Below are positions 60,401 through 64,000 of a DNA stretch of 64,000 bases, one piece after another; position 1 is the stretch's first letter, and the number at the start of each line of letters is the position of its first letter. The notes under the pieces were generated by a model, which saw only the letters and a list, made by a program, of their open reading frames with translations, had not been told where the DNA came from and made no database searches. Source of the DNA: Ylistrum balloti (taxonomy: Eukaryota); the NCBI RefSeq assembly GCF_031769215.1, contig NW_026782129.1, positions 744,001 through 808,000 on the forward strand, given 5' to 3'. The position numbers and the translations under genes are program-made.

Positions 60401-63400
60401 AACTTCGGAAGAAGAGCAGAAAATCAGCCATGCTTTGAAAGTTTCACATTACACGTATGCGTGTTTATTACATCATTCTCGATCAAAAATATCCAGCATG
60501 CGTTTAAGCGTTTGGATTTCAATGAGTCCTAGAAAGTAATTTTTATTACGGGATCTTCTTGTACCAAGCTATAGTCTGATCCCCATTTTATTATTGATAG
60601 TACAGTACAGTACTATATATTTAAGTACTGTGCGTAGACTCTCGATAACAAAATGACCTTAAACGTTTTTGAGAACCTAGAATATCAGTTTCCGGAGAAA
60701 TTCAATATGAACGATTGTCTTTCCCACTCTTTACACAGCTTAATTTGATGCCGATAGAAAGGAGAATTTCGTTCTAATTTATTATTAGATTCGGGACTTA
60801 CAGATTTTACTGAGTTTTATGGCAATAATTAAACGAGACTAGCGTTGATCATTGATCAAGGGAACAGAGTGTAAGGTGTTTCTTGCTCTGACACATGTTT
60901 AATGTTAAAACAAATTAATGTTATCGACTACTTTGACGTGATACCAGTCCTATATCCGACGTGCAGCACAGACAGCTTAAAACGACTTCAATTTTTGTGG
61001 CATTTTATTTCCTTGTTTTGATTTTGGTAATCCAATTGCTGTAAATTGTCTTATAATAATAATAAGTATCCCATCATCGTGGTCGACTGATATCCGATAA
61101 AACCCGCGGTGGCATGTCATATACATTGTATGTTGAGTTTTGTACCATAAAGATGCTCTCTTAATTCTCTAGTGCACCTGGTATTCATTTCGATTTCCTT
61201 CTTGTTTTGGATCTAATATTTATTCTAATATAATATGGCTTGTATTTGGCAATGCTTAATTATTTTTCAGTTTTGAACAAAGACATCATGCAAGAGGAGA
61301 TAATGACCTTGTTTTATATAGGTAAATATTTGTTTACAAATAACCAAGAAATACATTAAAACACATTCATACTAGTTTTTTTGGAAATAGACTTATATAC
61401 ATATGTTTAACTTTCAGCGCAAATTAGTCTCACTGCCTAATACAAGTGATAGTATGAAATCACCACAGAAATGTAAATGTATCTTTTGTACGATTTTTGA
61501 AAAGTTTGCCTTTTACCTTCAGTACGACTTGCCTAATCACATTATGAAGTCGGCAAATTGAAGATTCCATTTTATCATAACAAGATTTCGAAGACGTAAA
61601 TCAATCCATTTGATTAAATTTTATATGTCCCTGTTATGGGAACTTTTTTTTATTTCTTAAACAGGTATATATGTATACATGCATACCCTATACACTAGAG
61701 AGTATATCGTCTTTATATTTATTATGTACAGATAACACGGATATCTTCAGCATCATAATTTATCTCAAAAGATATGATGAGTATTGAGATTTACTTGGAC
61801 ATGGTTGTATATTTGTTTATAGAGACAGGGATTACTGCAGCCTTTGTGATAGTGGGCGTAGCTCTTGTTCCAAACTCCCCGCCTACACCTCCATCTCATA
61901 GTGCCGTCGCTATCAGGATGGGATACACCCGGGTATTTCTACATCTCGTAAGGTAACGAAGAAAGATTACGATTTAAACCTATCAATATTAAACTATGTT
62001 TTTTCTGTGACTTTTTAAAAAGTCTGTTCTGCCTTTTTCCTGATTTTACTGAAGTGTTTGGGAATGTTTCTAACCTCGAAAACTTTCTTTCAATCTTGCA
62101 TAGACATGGCAACATAATCATAATTAAACACAAATTCCATAAAACTAGGGCAACCCATGAACAAAAAAAAAGATTTACACGGAGACTACTGGAAAAAAGG
62201 TCATGGAGAATAGGACCATGTGCTCCGGAAGATTAAGCATCTTCTGCTTCATCGACAACACCCGCAATGTAAAACTTGGTCAATCCGTCTAAGTAATGTC
62301 ACGTTCTCAAAAGAGAACAAGGTATACAACAACGGATCCAATGGGCAAACTAACGAGCATCAAATACTTCTTGTCACACAAAGAAATGAAACATTTCTCA
62401 ATGAGATCTCTATGGCGACCATAAAACTTCCCTATAATGTTCATCAACCTGCATCGTTTGAAACCGTGTGTTACAAGTTTGTCAGTCAGTTGACGACTTC
62501 TTGCCCGAAAATAACGGTACATTTAGAACAGACCCTTCGATATCGAATTAACTATGACATGTAAATTCCATAGGCTGGAGATGCTATCAAGAAATTTGAA
62601 ATTGACAATAGGGAAATTGAGTCATCACGTTTATCATACAGCTTGATGGAAAGCTTTCCATTGTAGTTTCGTTACAGGAAAGGATAGAGATAAGCAACTA
62701 GTGTAGAAGAGTCTGTCTTCTATCTGAAGGTGAAAGTAAACTTCACCGTCTAAGCATGACAAGAAGCATCTTTGATCTTACTTCCGTGCAGATTGCTAGC
62801 TCTGGTTAAGCATGAATCATCTGCTATTATTTAATGGAATTGAGTTTAAATTCCTCGTATATGCTTGACCTTTAACCTGATTCATACTTATTATTATTAT
62901 TAAGGAATGGATTCTTGTGTCTACTTGTTCTGTTTACCGGAGTAATGATTGGCATGTATTCCACATGGGTTACCATATTTGGAATAACGTTCGAACATCT
63001 CGGTATTGCTCAGGTAAGGTACTTTTATATATTAAACTGTGTTGGTCATGTTCTTCACACTTGGTTCATCTCCTTTCAAGTGTCGTGCATCAATGACAGT
63101 TCCTTCTTAATCATTTCAATAAGCCATTCTAGGTACGTTATGTGAATTAAAATATCATTTCATCGAAACATCGGTTGATGTAACGGATTCTTTTATTTCT
63201 ATGACTTTATGCTGTGAAGTATTTGTTGTGTAAAAAGTGTCAATGCTTTCATACATACGGACAAATCATGAAAGTAAAACAAATAAGACTTCTTATAAAA
63301 TGTATCAAGTGATAAATTATGTTATATTTAAGGCAGTTGCTACCCTTTGCAGTTGATCATGATTTTAGCACCCACTAAACTTTCCTGTGATGCATACAGT

Positions 63401-63885
63401 ATGTGATTTATTCAATGGGTAGGTTTCTGAATGTTGATACTAGATTCAACAGTAGACAACATGACTCTGGTACGGTAGAATGTACTATTGTTTTTGTGGC
63501 TATAGATCTTACTTAATTTGTTAAATACTTTGCAGACAGAAGCTGGATGGCTTGGGTTTTCTTGTCTGATAGCCAGCAGTGTTGTGGGATTTATATCTGC
63601 AAGGTAATGTAGAGCTTATCTGTAACTTACTATGTATCACTTTAACATGCAACATGATATAACTAGTAATGTCAGTTAGCCCAGCTATCATTCGATCAAT
63701 GTTACATTAGATTCATGGAAGCATTTATTTGTAATTCCTTACGTATGCTATATGTTATATCTCCAGGTTTTCTGATATCTGCGCTCGGAGATTGAAGACC
63801 ATCTTGATGATAATGTTGATTATTGCCAGTCTTATGTTCCTGTGGGTTTCCTTGTTATGTAGTCAGTACATTGAATACAGTGAAG
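54449..63885 (+). CDS. SLC49A4: SLC49A4 (DIRC2)-like MFS transporter, first 10 exons; continues beyond the window
   Basis: Exons 54449-54701, 55162-55249, 56417-56580, 57038-57104, 59345-59418 (or 59409), 61271-61321, 61823-61952, 62905-63013, 63536-63603, 63767-63885; phases consistent. Motifs YARRWWVL, WNAWGPI, LVDKKGIR, WFPQNERATATSI, PNSPPTPPS, EAGWLGF, RFSD. Symbol denotes family-level similarity, not proven orthology. Confidence 0.85.
55730..56200. repeat. 79-bp minisatellite (~6 copies) in SLC49A4-like intron 2
   Basis: Unit CTATGGTAACATATTGATACATGCCAACTTAAGCTGGTATCGTGACTTAATCAGCTGAAGCTGTTGTGTGACATTATTA, starts 55730, 55809, 55888... Confidence 0.96.
59709..59856 (+). ncRNA. Two tandem (~70 bp) degenerate hammerhead ribozyme units, same family as 3760-3850
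   Basis: Unit 1 CTGATGA-ATCC TAGAA GGAC-TAAAC; unit 2 CGGACGA-GTCC TAGAA AGAC-GAAA-C AATT G-TA^TGTTGC. Leader TTTCCTCAGTCG..TCCTAGGCTTC.AAATTTA aligns to the minus strand of 3805-3845. Both have core mutations. Confidence 0.6.
60244..60393. other. Assembly gap (150 N)
   Basis: Run of N. Confidence 1.
62150..62800 (-). mobile_element. Decayed Penelope-like element fragment, antisense in SLC49A4-like intron 7
   Basis: GKLSIKLYDKRDD..FPIVNF.FLDS..SPAYGIYMS*LIRY.RVCS...RQLTDKLVTHGFKRCRLMNIIGKFYGRHRDLI, then tail GATGCTTAATCTTCCGGAGCACATGGTC. Confidence 0.75.
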
Positions 63886-64000
63886 GTATGATTATAACCC
63901 CCATGTAGTATAAATCACAGTTGGTGTGCAAAACAAGTAGCAGATACTTGTGAAACGAGTTCAGTAATATGAAATTATTATTACTTAATATGATTTCAAG

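Noticed and set aside
60191-60539. ORFs spanning the N run
   Set aside because: Artefacts of the assembly gap.
1-64000. tRNA, rRNA or snRNA genes
   Set aside because: No cloverleaf or conserved RNA-gene sequence recognised by eye; only weak B-box-like strings (6595, 33635, 53160). tRNAscan-SE/Infernal would be decisive.

Overview
AT-rich eukaryotic DNA with spliceosomal introns; the repeat content suggests a bivalve mollusc (inference). One 150-N assembly gap at 60244-60393. I rebuilt five spliced genes by hand using GT-AG sites with matching reading phase. (1) A small secreted PAN/apple-domain protein (-, 3 exons, 136 aa). (2) CFAP157 (+, 10 exons, 576 aa). (3) A ubiquitin-like/RBR E3 ligase fusion ending in a CaaX box (-, 4 exons, 369 aa). 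(4) An SLC16/MCT-like MFS transporter (+, 4 exons, 424 aa). (5) An SLC49A4/DIRC2-like MFS transporter (+, 10 exons seen, runs off the window). Mobile DNA includes a CR1/L2-group LINE with a 12-bp target duplication and a nested solo LTR, a 5'-truncated L1/Tx1 LINE, Penelope-like fragments, Helentron-type elements, MITEs and about ten minisatellites. Highlights: (a) The Ubl-RBR-CaaX gene has lost one RING1 zinc site. Its promoter/first exon is triplicated, carries kB-, CRE- and IRF-like motifs, and one dead copy holds a 23-bp tandem array of IRF-consensus sites. (b) A family of minimal hammerhead ribozymes lies in sense orientation in two introns. (c) Three minisatellites start exactly at exon/intron donor junctions; one carries about 36 extra CAG|GTCAGT sites. 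(d) A 133-bp near-perfect intronic palindrome. No database searches were run; family names come from motif recognition.
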